From contig JAWCCZ010000006.1 of NCBI GenBank assembly GCA_038861545.1, forward strand, positions 5,093 through 69,092: DNA of 64,000 bases. Direction: 5' to 3'. The notes beneath the pieces were generated by a model. The model did not search any database. It was not told where the DNA came from and saw only the letters and a program-made list of their open reading frames with translations. Source of the DNA: Thermofilaceae archaeon. Lineage in GTDB: Archaea; Thermoproteota; Thermoprotei; Thermofilales; Thermofilaceae. Shown one piece after another: positions 27,273-36,703 of this stretch; the first letter of the stretch is position 1, and each line of letters opens with the position of its first letter. The translations under genes and the position numbers were made by a program.

Positions 27273-28121
27273 TCAACTTGTCAAAATTCTTTTCAAAGCT
27301 TTTAGGTTGTCGCGAGCTGCTTTTATCCCGTCCTCAGGGTATGTGGGCTTATCGAGGTCTGGGTAAAACTCGGGCGGGCATTCAACGTTAAGGAAACTAT
27401 CATACCCAGCTTCTTTCAACAGCTTGATAACATTCGGCCAGTCAATGCTACCTTTACCAACGTGGCGGAAGCCTCTGATGCCGCCAATATTTAAATCAAA
27501 ATCCTTAACGTGGACCATCGCGATCCGACCCTTAAGCAACCGGATCCAGTGTTCATGGTACCCTAAGGCTACCAGGTTTCCTACATCGAGGTAAGCTTGA
27601 ACATAATCCGATTCTATTTCATCAATGAACCTTCGAAACTCGAAGGGGCTATACAAGAATTTATTCCAGACATTTTCAACCCCGATAATTACACCAAGGT
27701 CTTCAGCAATTTCTGCGGCTTTTCTAAGAGAAATCTTCGCGTTATCGTACAGCGCCTCATAAGGTACGTCAGGTCTAGCTACACCTGGTACGACGAGGAG
27801 AACATCCGAGTCTAGATCCCTGGCTAACTCTAATCCCATTCTAACGTAATCCAGCCCGATCCCCCTTTCCCTTTCATCAAGAGAGCCCAAGTTGTACTTC
27901 CAGAACACACCGGTGGCAACACTCGGGATCTTAAGGCCTACCTCCTTAATCTTAAGGCGTTCCTCCCCAGCTATGGAACGGGGGTTTAGTAGACCATCAT
28001 CAAATATCACCTCTACACCTTCGTAGCCTAATTCTTTGGTCACGTTAACAGCCCAGACGAGATCAGGCCTAGCCTTATATCCGAACCCAAGCAAAGTCCA
28101 CAAATTTAAGCCAGTTTTCAC
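27273..28121 (-). CDS. sugar phosphate isomerase/epimerase (xylose isomerase-like TIM barrel)
   Basis: 282 aa. GYEGVEV...ENV...YLDVGN...VHVKD is the pattern of the AP endonuclease 2/xylose isomerase-like family. Confidence 0.85.
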   Translation of the reverse strand: MKTGLNLWTLLGFGYKARPDLVWAVNVTKELGYEGVEVIFDDGLLNPRSIAGEERLKIKEVGLKIPSVATGVFWKYNLGSLDERERGIGLDYVRMGLELARDLDSDVLLVVPGVARPDVPYEALYDNAKISLRKAAEIAEDLGVIIGVENVWNKFLYSPFEFRRFIDEIESDYVQAYLDVGNLVALGYHEHWIRLLKGRIAMVHVKDFDLNIGGIRGFRHVGKGSIDWPNVIKLLKEAGYDSFLNVECPPEFYPDLDKPTYPEDGIKAARDNLKALKRILTS

Positions 28122-28263
28122 ACAGTTAAGTTGAAAGCAATGGTTAAAAGCTATTACGGTCCTCTAGTTATTACATTAGAAGCGCTCACTTAAATTAATA
28201 GTTTTTGAAAAGTTACCTGGAAGAAAATATACTTATGGATAAAACACTAAAATCTTTCTTATC

Positions 28264-29754
28264 TTAACCCTCTTTTGCTTTACCTTTTTTTCTAAGTATT
28301 AAAATCGCCCCAGCCACTATCACTACGGCAGCCACTGCTATAGCTATCTGAGTAAAGGAAATTCCGCCTCCAGTTCCCGGTACCGTTATCTCGACTTGCG
28401 GTTTAAGACCAGCTGTTTCTAATGGTGGGATTACTGCGCCGGTGAACCAAAGCCCTTGATATTCTGGGTACCTGGGCCAGGAATTCACCTGTATAAGTAG
28501 TTCTTTATCACTTCTTAACTTATGTATTCCAGGTAATGTGAAGAGGTATGGAGCATCTGCTCTAACCTTTACTGTCATTGTATCATCAATTAAAACCGTA
28601 GCATCCTCTTTTGAGTAAAAGTATACTTCTAAACTTGCATTTGAAGGAAACTGTACAAGGATATCCTCGTTTGGTTTCAGTGTATAGAACATTGTTGATC
28701 GCGGGTAACCGCAGTACCAGCCTCCACCCATTCCTGCATTCTCAATCTCTATGCTTCCGTTATGCATAAACCAGATTGAAACTGGCTTTTCGCTGACTAA
28801 TGCTATAGCGTAGGCGTTTGGTCTAAGCATTATGCCTGAGCCGCCAGGAATGTTAAAGTCGTCAATCTTAGTACCGGTTTCTAGATCATAAAGCGTTACC
28901 TTTGTATTCTCTATAGACAGAACCTTAAACCCGTAATCTCTGACTTTATCCCATCCCCACTCTATTGCTTTGAAAGCCCTAGTAAGGTAGAATTTCCCTT
29001 GGAAGCCACCTTCAACTGAGGGGATCACGAAGCTTGTCGTCTCATAGGTTCCTATTCCAGGTATAGCCCCGGACATGACCATTATATTCCCAGTAGACTT
29101 GATTCTATAAGCTCTGAAAGGAGCAAGTGTAGTATATTTATATTCGTTAGCTTTAAGTTTTAAAGATGTTGTTTGTCCATCATCTCTTTCAATAGTTACC
29201 TCTGCAGGCTCGACGGCCAGTATTGTGTAGTCGGTGGCCGTCAGAGACCCCTGTAGAGCCACAAATACGAATTCCTTGCCCACATATATCCCCTCAACGC
29301 TGTAGTAAAAACTATGAACCGTTGGCGGTAAAATTGGAAGCGGGAACTTAGGGGTCTGGTTGTAGTTCACCAGCTGAACCGTAACAGGCTTACTTGCTAC
29401 GACTTTGAAGATAGTGTTGTTTTTAAGCAGCAAATACAATGGTTCTAAGCTTTTCAACGTAGCTTTTGCGATTAATTGGTTATACGTTAGATTATAGACC
29501 TCAACTTGTACTCCATCTTCTCCGGATACAATCGTTAAAAGCGATAAAGTGACTGGGCTGTTATATACAACCCAATCGTAAGGGGTCTGGCATGCAGGTT
29601 GTGACTGCCAATCCGCTGGCCTGTATTGCCATATTTTAGCCGGCACTTTACCGTAATAGGTATATACCGGCTGTCCATGGGAAATATAAGCGTATACGAA
29701 GAATATAGTTAAAAAAACCAAATAATAAGATGCAAAGTATCTTCTTTTTATCAT
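28264..29754 (-). CDS. beta-rich surface protein with N-terminal signal/anchor and C-terminal TM anchor
   Basis: 496 aa. The N-terminal hydrophobic segment is YYLVFLTIFFVYAYISHG. The C-terminal segment is ISFTQIAIAVAAVVIVAGAILIL followed by RKKGKAKEG. Four internal repeat signatures are FKVVASKPVTVQLV, YRIKSTGNIMVMSG, IALVSEKPVSIWFMH and HKLRSDKELLIQVNS. Confidence 0.6.
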   Translation of the reverse strand: MIKRRYFASYYLVFLTIFFVYAYISHGQPVYTYYGKVPAKIWQYRPADWQSQPACQTPYDWVVYNSPVTLSLLTIVSGEDGVQVEVYNLTYNQLIAKATLKSLEPLYLLLKNNTIFKVVASKPVTVQLVNYNQTPKFPLPILPPTVHSFYYSVEGIYVGKEFVFVALQGSLTATDYTILAVEPAEVTIERDDGQTTSLKLKANEYKYTTLAPFRAYRIKSTGNIMVMSGAIPGIGTYETTSFVIPSVEGGFQGKFYLTRAFKAIEWGWDKVRDYGFKVLSIENTKVTLYDLETGTKIDDFNIPGGSGIMLRPNAYAIALVSEKPVSIWFMHNGSIEIENAGMGGGWYCGYPRSTMFYTLKPNEDILVQFPSNASLEVYFYSKEDATVLIDDTMTVKVRADAPYLFTLPGIHKLRSDKELLIQVNSWPRYPEYQGLWFTGAVIPPLETAGLKPQVEITVPGTGGGISFTQIAIAVAAVVIVAGAILILRKKGKAKEG

Positions 29755-29839
29755 GGGAATTTTTACCCTAAGAGTTCTTTTTAAAGGTTATGGTTTTATT
29801 ACAACAAATCTTAAATACTTCGCTTTTTAATGAACCCTT

Positions 29840-31849
29840 ATGGGCACAGAAACGAAAAGTGAAGTAAAAACTGCATTAAAACCGTCTCTCTGGGCCGGTT
29901 TAGCAGTCTTTTCCCTGGTAATGAGCCTTATTGGAGTGCTTACTGCCCCCTTCGGTCCTAGCTGGATGTTCTCGATGGTTATCGGTACATTTACTGCACC
30001 TATCGTCGTTCTCTTCATATTCCTTTTGCTTTCAAGAGTTACCGGTATTTCAGCATCGCCGCAGACTTTAGCATTACTTTATGCCGCGGCTTCTATGTCC
30101 ATAGCCTTCTGCTACAGTATGATACCGTACGGTATAATACACAATGCGGCCGCCCTCCGGATGAACCAGTATAATTGGCATCCGACGAATTGGGCTGTTC
30201 CAAATTACTGGGTTTTCGGTCCAATAGTTTCTGATCCAGCGGAAATGACTCCAATTACTACGGGAGGCCCAGTCCCATTGGATAAATGGACACCATTCCT
30301 AACATGGTGGATCACATACACAATACTATGGCTACTATTCTTCACAGGCTGGATAGGGCTACTATATGATAGGTGGATAGAGGTAGAGAGGCTGCCTTAC
30401 CCTGCCTCATTAACTGGTACTATGCAGATCGAGCTAATATCCAGTAAAGGTAAAGACCCAAGAATCAAGTACTTTATGCTTGGTGTTTTACTCGGAGCGA
30501 TAACAATAATTCCAATCATAGCTACTTATCTAAACCCTGCGATCCCCGATATTTACGGCTGGACTAGAGAACCATTCTTACCATGGTTCTTAGGTACAAT
30601 GGACTTCTCCAGATCACCGCTTGGTGCCGCTATACCTGTGATAGCATTCTTACCTGTTAACCCAATGATCTATTCGCTATTCTACCTAATGCCGACGAAA
30701 ACCCTGTTTACGATCTGGGCATTCTCATTATTCGGCATAATGATACCGAGCCAAATTGCGTTTTACATGGGATACTACAGCGACTTACCAACAATGGCGA
30801 ACAGATTCCACGCATTCATGAACGGAGCACCATTCCGATGGAACGGATGGTGGATAGGCGTCTACTTCGGCTTATTCCTGATATGGTTTGCGCTGAACAT
30901 CAGGTACATGAGAGATATCTTTATGAGAGATGCTCCGGAGCGAGCGCTCCCCGGCAAGCTCGGTACTGTAATGATTATAGGTTCAACAGCAGCGCTTATC
31001 GCAATGCTTATCGTAGCCGGAGCCAACCCAATAGGGGCTCCCTTGATAGTTTTGACAATGTGGTTGCTGTTTATGTCCTCTGCAAGAGTTCTAGGTAATG
31101 CTAGCCTAGTTGGAACAGCTTGGGGCTTCCCGATAGATTGGACTCACCTTCCTAGCTTAGTTAAGTACCTTTACATACCGGATCCCGGCTACATTACAGC
31201 ACCAGATGGATCACAAGTTAGACCACCAGAAATGGTAGCAACTCTATGGCTAGCAAACAGATGGACCGGCGAACTAATGGCCGAGAATAATACTAACTTC
31301 GGTATGGCTTTTGCTATCCCGCTATGCTATAAGGTTGGCTTTGACACCAAAACTCACCCAAGAGATATTACGAAGGTAATTCTAACTTCAGGTATAATTT
31401 CGGCCGTGGTCGGTTACACGGTTGGTCTATGGTTCAGCTATGCCGCAGGTACAAATAACACTAGGATGGGGATGTTCGACGCTTGGTGGCACTGGGTATT
31501 TGGAGCTCCGTGGAGCAAAGTTGAAGAACAGTTTATAGCTGAGCCGTTATTACCTTACATAGCTGCTGGCTTCATACTGATACTTTTAATCAGCTTCCTC
31601 AACTTCCGCTTCGTCTGGTGGCCACTAGACCCCGTCGGCGTAGCGATGGCTTTCGGTGCTTCTGGAACTGGTTGGATAATACCGGCTTTCGTAGCATGGA
31701 TAGTGAAAAGGCTCATATACCGTATTGGCGGTGCAAAGCTTGATGAGAGTACAGTTACGCCGATAGTGGTAGGATTCCTTGTCGGCTACTGGGTAATGGT
31801 TTTCATCGGCGGAATAGGTTCAATGATACAGTTCTTCTTACCGAAGTAA
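29840..31849 (+). CDS. large polytopic membrane protein, unknown function (distant paralog of 36704..38593)
   Basis: 669 aa, Trp/Tyr-rich, with many hydrophobic helices. The motif DRWIEVERLPYPAS (ERLPYP at 30386-30403) and the C-terminal KRLIYRIGGAKLDE...GFLVGYWV are echoed in the 629-aa protein. Confidence 0.7.
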   Translation: MGTETKSEVKTALKPSLWAGLAVFSLVMSLIGVLTAPFGPSWMFSMVIGTFTAPIVVLFIFLLLSRVTGISASPQTLALLYAAASMSIAFCYSMIPYGIIHNAAALRMNQYNWHPTNWAVPNYWVFGPIVSDPAEMTPITTGGPVPLDKWTPFLTWWITYTILWLLFFTGWIGLLYDRWIEVERLPYPASLTGTMQIELISSKGKDPRIKYFMLGVLLGAITIIPIIATYLNPAIPDIYGWTREPFLPWFLGTMDFSRSPLGAAIPVIAFLPVNPMIYSLFYLMPTKTLFTIWAFSLFGIMIPSQIAFYMGYYSDLPTMANRFHAFMNGAPFRWNGWWIGVYFGLFLIWFALNIRYMRDIFMRDAPERALPGKLGTVMIIGSTAALIAMLIVAGANPIGAPLIVLTMWLLFMSSARVLGNASLVGTAWGFPIDWTHLPSLVKYLYIPDPGYITAPDGSQVRPPEMVATLWLANRWTGELMAENNTNFGMAFAIPLCYKVGFDTKTHPRDITKVILTSGIISAVVGYTVGLWFSYAAGTNNTRMGMFDAWWHWVFGAPWSKVEEQFIAEPLLPYIAAGFILILLISFLNFRFVWWPLDPVGVAMAFGASGTGWIIPAFVAWIVKRLIYRIGGAKLDESTVTPIVVGFLVGYWVMVFIGGIGSMIQFFLPK

Positions 31850-32038
31850 ACTAAAGTAAACTATCTATTTTTTATAAAGTTTCTAGTTCAGAAATAATTA
31901 AATTCTAACAATTTTAGTTTTTCTAAGACAAAGTGAAGAAAAATAATAATAATTTATATTATTGCTGAATTTTATTAACTTTTGATAGTCTATGATGAAA
32001 AGAAGTTTCTCTTCTTTTAAACATTTTATGAAGCAAGC

Positions 32039-32045
32039 TATATAA
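32039..32045 (+). promoter_or_regulatory. TATA-box-like element upstream of the giant gene
   Basis: TATATAA ends 30 nt upstream of the ATG at 32075, at the end of a 225-bp very AT-rich spacer. This is consistent with an archaeal promoter giving a very short leader. Confidence 0.35.
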
Positions 32046-32074
32046 GGAGGTAACCTACACCAAACCGATTAGAA

Positions 32075-35000
32075 ATGTCAATTCGAAAAGCTCCGAGTTT
32101 GCTGCTTATTTTCCTGCTAGTAGTGTCTACGCTAACGTTGCCGGCTTATCTAGTAGGTGCTCAACCAAGTAGTATTCCAATTTCCGAACTCGTCGGGCTG
32201 GTTAAACTCGATGAAATACTTCAACATACTAAGTATTTTTCTAATTTAGATTCGAGAGTCACAGGCTACGATGGTTTTTATCAAGCGGCTGAATATATCA
32301 AGGAATATTGGAGTGGTCTTGGGTTTACTGTCAGAGAAGAGCCTTTTGATGTTGCTATTCCTATAGTGAAGGATGCCAGTATATCCGTTGACGTACCTGG
32401 AGCGGGTTTGGTAAAATACTCTGCCTACCCTTTATGGCCAAATCACGTTAACCCTTGTCCATACGTTAGTCCGGTTTCGGGAGATAAACTGGTTTACGCT
32501 GGTAAAGGGGGGTTAGAAGACTTTGACGGAGTAGACGTAGAGGGGGCATTTGTTTTGGTCGAATTCAATAACAGATGGTACTGGAAGTACGCCGCTATGT
32601 TTAAGGCTAAAGGAGTAATTTTCATCGAGCCGGACGATACAAGCGTTACTGAAGCTCTGCAGAAGGTTCTTAGTGTACCTGTAAACTTCCCCAGACTTTT
32701 TGTAAGTAAAAATGTAGGCGCCGAGCTTAAAGAACTTTTAAAAAAGCATAGCGAGCTCAAAGTATGGGTCAACTCAGAGGTAGAATGGGAGAGAAGGAGA
32801 GTAGCCAATATTATAGCTACTATTGAAGGTACTAACCCCGATTTAAAGGACGAAGTGGCTGTCGTAGGAGCTTACTACGATTCCTGGTCTATAACACCTC
32901 AACTCTCCCCTGGAGCTACAGATGCAATCGGAATAAGCTTCCTTCTCGAGCTATCCCGCCTCCTGAAAGAACGCCCTGCGCGAAGGACTGTTTGGTTAGT
33001 GGCATTTGCTGGCCACTACCAAGCGCTAGCTGGGGCTAGAGAGTTCGTTGATAGTCATTTTGGCGAATTAGGGAGTAAAGTAAAAATGATGATAACGTTA
33101 GATCTTGCTAGTGATAGCGACGTTGTTGCAGCTTACGCTGCTGGAGCAATGTATGGCTATAACCGGCCTAGAGACATCCTGCCACAATACGATAGCTGGA
33201 TGAACAGCATCGTAAGCTTGGCTAGAAATATCGAAAATATAACTGGGGAGCCGGCACGCCTTATAGATGGTGTCCGCTGGACCTGGCCTCCATGGGCTGT
33301 CAGCTCGCCGCCTTTCGAGCCTTTTCTAAGGTACTTTGAAGCTGAGGTATTCACTAAAGCCTGCTATGGAGGTGGGCTTGCTTTCGTAACTACCAACGCG
33401 CTCCGGAAATACCAGTGGACATTCATGGATACCTTCGAGAAGTTACGCTTGGAAAATCTGCGTAGACAATTAATTGTTTTAGCTCCAGTGATTTATCATT
33501 CACTGGACATGGAAAGAATACCTTATTCGCTTTACCCAAGGAGAATAGGAGCCGTTGATCATGGACTGGTGTCGGTCACGCTGCAGCTCGGTAAGTATAA
33601 TAAAACTACTAACATGTTTGACGACTATGCTCACAAGGATGCTTTAATCTTTGTTTCAGTTAGCCCGATAATGAGTGGAGCAGCTGGAATTTTAGCAGTT
33701 GGTTTTCAGCCTGCCGCCGCCGTAGGTTCATCTCAGAGTATCACTGTCCAAGGTGCAACCGTAGGTTTATTTGCAGCTTCATCCCCCGTTAGTGGAACTA
33801 CAGTCACAGCCGCATCAATAAATACACCGGTAGGGTTCACGTTAATCCTCAAACCGGATGAAACTGGCAGGGTTGAGCTGAAAAGTATAATGCCTTTAAC
33901 CGCCGTTGATGCTCAAGCCTACGTAGTTGACTCAAGGACAGGCGAGGTGCTGAGCGCGACCGACACGGGTCCTTTCGGCACCGGTGTGTTTAGGCTTGGC
34001 GGGCTCTTCGGTGCAGCTGGCGCAATCGCGGCACCGTTGCTTTCACCGATGATGGGCGGACTCGGCTACTTAGCGGAAGCAGGCGCCTATGCGAGAGCTT
34101 TCACAGTACAGGTGCCCCGCGGCCACAGGTATATTCCACTGTTTAATTGCTCTTCAATCGTCTTCATAGGCTTTTATGATCCGCTTTTGTTGTACGGTCC
34201 CCAAGGTTTATCTTTTGAGCCACTCAGCTTTATCTCACACAGCTATCTTGTTTGGAGAGATGTTTTAACAACCTGGCCCGAGGCTATGGCTTTTGTAGAA
34301 CCAGAAGTACCTGTTGAAGTATTGATTAGAAGTCAAGGAAGAGTTATAGCAGTTCTCAATAATGCTAGCGAAGCGAATCCGAATGGCCAGGGATATACTC
34401 TGCCTTGGGGTAAGACACTGGTGCTCACAGCGGTTGATGCTGTATTGAACACGTACCGGTTAGCTGAATACAGAGGGGGTTTCCTAGAGAGTAGGATGAC
34501 AAGCAGTCCAAGGATGCTTCTTTACTTGGATACTATGAGAAAATACTTAGTTGCAGCTAAAAGTGCTCTAGATAAAGGCAGTAAAAGTATTTTTGTGAAA
34601 TATGTTTTAGCGGCTTGGCAATTTGTTATCGGGTCCTACGATTCCACGATTTCCCTGCTTTTTGATGTTTCTCAAACTGCGGTCTTTTTCTTCTTCCTCT
34701 CGATAGCCTTCGCGCTTTTAGCCAGCAGGTTCATGGGTAGAATGGTTTCCGGAAAGAAGCAGACCCTTTATACTTTAGTTGTGTTGATAACCGCTAACGC
34801 GGCAGTAGCTTTTGTACACCCCGGTTACACGATTTCAAATAATGTTTGGATGCTTGTAAGCGGTGTCTCTGTCATCCTCTTCTTGGCACTCGTCCTATAC
34901 ACGGTTAGCGACGAGTTCAACACAGCTATATCCGAACTGAGTACGTCCATACTTGGATTCCATAGAGCTGATGTGAGAAGGGGATCTATACTTCCCTCGG

Positions 35001-36697
35001 CAATCTCCATGGGTATAGAGAATCTTAAGAAACGTCCACTGAGAACCGCATTAACGCTAACCACAATAACAATCACGGTTATGGCCCTCGTGCTCTTTAC
35101 CACAGTTAACGTGTCACTTTTCTTCTATAATAGGAATCTCGGCCCAGCTCCCTACACAGGAGTTTTGGTAAGGCGTCCATTCCAGCAGCTCTACATGCCT
35201 ATGCATGAAATATATCTGAAAATATTACCAGGCATGCTAAGTAACAGTAACGCGTTATTTGAGGCACATCCTAGGGCATGGCTATACCCTGCTGGGCAGA
35301 GTTTATTCCTAACTTGGGGGCCCAACGGGTCGGGTATAAGGTGTATGTTGGCGTTAACGCCGGAAGAATCCAAGTCTCTTGAACGCGCTCTAGATGGTTA
35401 TTACTTTACTCCTGCTTCTACTTACTCGGTTATTATGACAAAATCGCTGGCCGAGAGGCTCAGCGCAATACTCGGCTATCCAGTCGGTCTAGGAAGTGAA
35501 ATAAACATTTACGGTATCAACATGACTGTAGTAGGGCTACTTGATAAACAGATAGCGTCTGCGGTTCTCGCCAGGGATTTAGATGGATCACCTATAACGC
35601 CGCCTGATCCGATAGCCACTGGTTTAGCTGCTACTTACTCACCCTTGGATTTAGATACAGTGATTATTATCCCATATAGCTTCGCACTTCAGTACCTAAA
35701 CGCTCAACCGAACGTTATGAGAGTAAGTACAGAATCCCGAATCGACAAAGAATATATGCTGGCTAAAGCATACGAAATAGCCACGTTCCTACCCTTTGAT
35801 ATCTCGTACGGCGTTAAGGATGATACAGCGCAACTTATAGCTAAAAGAGATATCTATGCTATGGGCGGCTTTGAGAACGTCGCAGTTCCCCTAGTTCTTT
35901 CGGCGTTAACGATGCTTATAACGATGCTGGGCGCGGTATACGAAAGACGTAGGGAAATACACACACTTGCAACCGTTGGCGCAGCACCTGGGCACATAGA
36001 TATCATATTTGTTATGGAGGGAGCCACGCTAGCGTTCTTAGGTGCCTACCTCGGCTACATAGTGGGCGCTAGCGCATTATTCGCTGTGTGGAACCTGCGC
36101 GCTTTCCCACCGGGCTTAGTGCCCAATGTCTCATCTGGAGTGGTAATTGTAGTTATAGGGGTTATAATGATTACCGTGATTCTCTCGACTCTCTATCCAG
36201 CATCTAGAGCTTCGAGGTTAGCTACTCCATCATTGTTAAGGTCTTGGGCTATTGAGACTAAGCCTAGAGCTGGTAGCTGGCAGGTGAGGATGCCGTTTAT
36301 GGCTACACGTGACGAAGCTATAGGGTTGCTCGTGTTTATCAGTGAGTACCTCGAAGCTTACAGCTCTGAACGGGAAAGGTCCAGGGTTTTCATGCTTTTA
36401 TCTCCACCTCAGCTAGGGAAAGATGATAAAGGTTACACGTTGAGTGCAAGGCTTCACATGGCGCCTTTCGACGCAGGAATAATACAGGATATGAATATAT
36501 TCGCTAGAATCACCCAAGCGGATAGGTACCTGTTTGATGTCGTGCTAAGGAGGCAGCAGGGTCCTGAATCCTTATGGGTAACTACAAGTAGAGCTCTCAT
36601 AGGCGAGCTTCGTAAGCAGTTCCTTGCTTGGAGGGCGTTGCCTCCAGCCGAAAAGGAAAAGTATGTCAAGAAGGGAGCGACCGCGGGACTGAGGTGA
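32075..36697 (+). CDS. giant envelope protein: signal peptide + PA domain + degenerate M28 peptidase-like domain + Gly/Ala-rich region + TM bundle + FtsX/MacB-type permease + C-terminal cytoplasmic domain
   Basis: 1540 aa. The signal peptide is SLLLIFLLVVSTLTLPAYLVGAQP. The PA-like segment is GDKLVYAGKGG..VEGAFVLVEF..AKGVIFI. The M28-like core is ANIIATIEGT..VAVVGAYYDSW..SPGATDAIG..WLVAFAGHYQALAGAREF. FtsX TM1 is IENLKKRPLRTALTLTTITITVMALV (about 35010-35100). The FtsX core is GAVYERRREIHTLATVGAAPGHIDIIFVMEGATLAFLGAYLGYIVG (about 35930-36070). Confidence 0.8.
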   Translation: MSIRKAPSLLLIFLLVVSTLTLPAYLVGAQPSSIPISELVGLVKLDEILQHTKYFSNLDSRVTGYDGFYQAAEYIKEYWSGLGFTVREEPFDVAIPIVKDASISVDVPGAGLVKYSAYPLWPNHVNPCPYVSPVSGDKLVYAGKGGLEDFDGVDVEGAFVLVEFNNRWYWKYAAMFKAKGVIFIEPDDTSVTEALQKVLSVPVNFPRLFVSKNVGAELKELLKKHSELKVWVNSEVEWERRRVANIIATIEGTNPDLKDEVAVVGAYYDSWSITPQLSPGATDAIGISFLLELSRLLKERPARRTVWLVAFAGHYQALAGAREFVDSHFGELGSKVKMMITLDLASDSDVVAAYAAGAMYGYNRPRDILPQYDSWMNSIVSLARNIENITGEPARLIDGVRWTWPPWAVSSPPFEPFLRYFEAEVFTKACYGGGLAFVTTNALRKYQWTFMDTFEKLRLENLRRQLIVLAPVIYHSLDMERIPYSLYPRRIGAVDHGLVSVTLQLGKYNKTTNMFDDYAHKDALIFVSVSPIMSGAAGILAVGFQPAAAVGSSQSITVQGATVGLFAASSPVSGTTVTAASINTPVGFTLILKPDETGRVELKSIMPLTAVDAQAYVVDSRTGEVLSATDTGPFGTGVFRLGGLFGAAGAIAAPLLSPMMGGLGYLAEAGAYARAFTVQVPRGHRYIPLFNCSSIVFIGFYDPLLLYGPQGLSFEPLSFISHSYLVWRDVLTTWPEAMAFVEPEVPVEVLIRSQGRVIAVLNNASEANPNGQGYTLPWGKTLVLTAVDAVLNTYRLAEYRGGFLESRMTSSPRMLLYLDTMRKYLVAAKSALDKGSKSIFVKYVLAAWQFVIGSYDSTISLLFDVSQTAVFFFFLSIAFALLASRFMGRMVSGKKQTLYTLVVLITANAAVAFVHPGYTISNNVWMLVSGVSVILFLALVLYTVSDEFNTAISELSTSILGFHRADVRRGSILPSAISMGIENLKKRPLRTALTLTTITITVMALVLFTTVNVSLFFYNRNLGPAPYTGVLVRRPFQQLYMPMHEIYLKILPGMLSNSNALFEAHPRAWLYPAGQSLFLTWGPNGSGIRCMLALTPEESKSLERALDGYYFTPASTYSVIMTKSLAERLSAILGYPVGLGSEINIYGINMTVVGLLDKQIASAVLARDLDGSPITPPDPIATGLAATYSPLDLDTVIIIPYSFALQYLNAQPNVMRVSTESRIDKEYMLAKAYEIATFLPFDISYGVKDDTAQLIAKRDIYAMGGFENVAVPLVLSALTMLITMLGAVYERRREIHTLATVGAAPGHIDIIFVMEGATLAFLGAYLGYIVGASALFAVWNLRAFPPGLVPNVSSGVVIVVIGVIMITVILSTLYPASRASRLATPSLLRSWAIETKPRAGSWQVRMPFMATRDEAIGLLVFISEYLEAYSSERERSRVFMLLSPPQLGKDDKGYTLSARLHMAPFDAGIIQDMNIFARITQADRYLFDVVLRRQQGPESLWVTTSRALIGELRKQFLAWRALPPAEKEKYVKKGATAGLR

Positions 36698-36703
36698 AAT
36701 GGA

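Noticed and set aside
31992-31998. A perfect C-box-like ATGATGA upstream of the giant gene.
   Set aside because: There is no CTGA at 10-13 nt, no terminal stem and no second box set. It is a chance match in an AT-rich promoter region.
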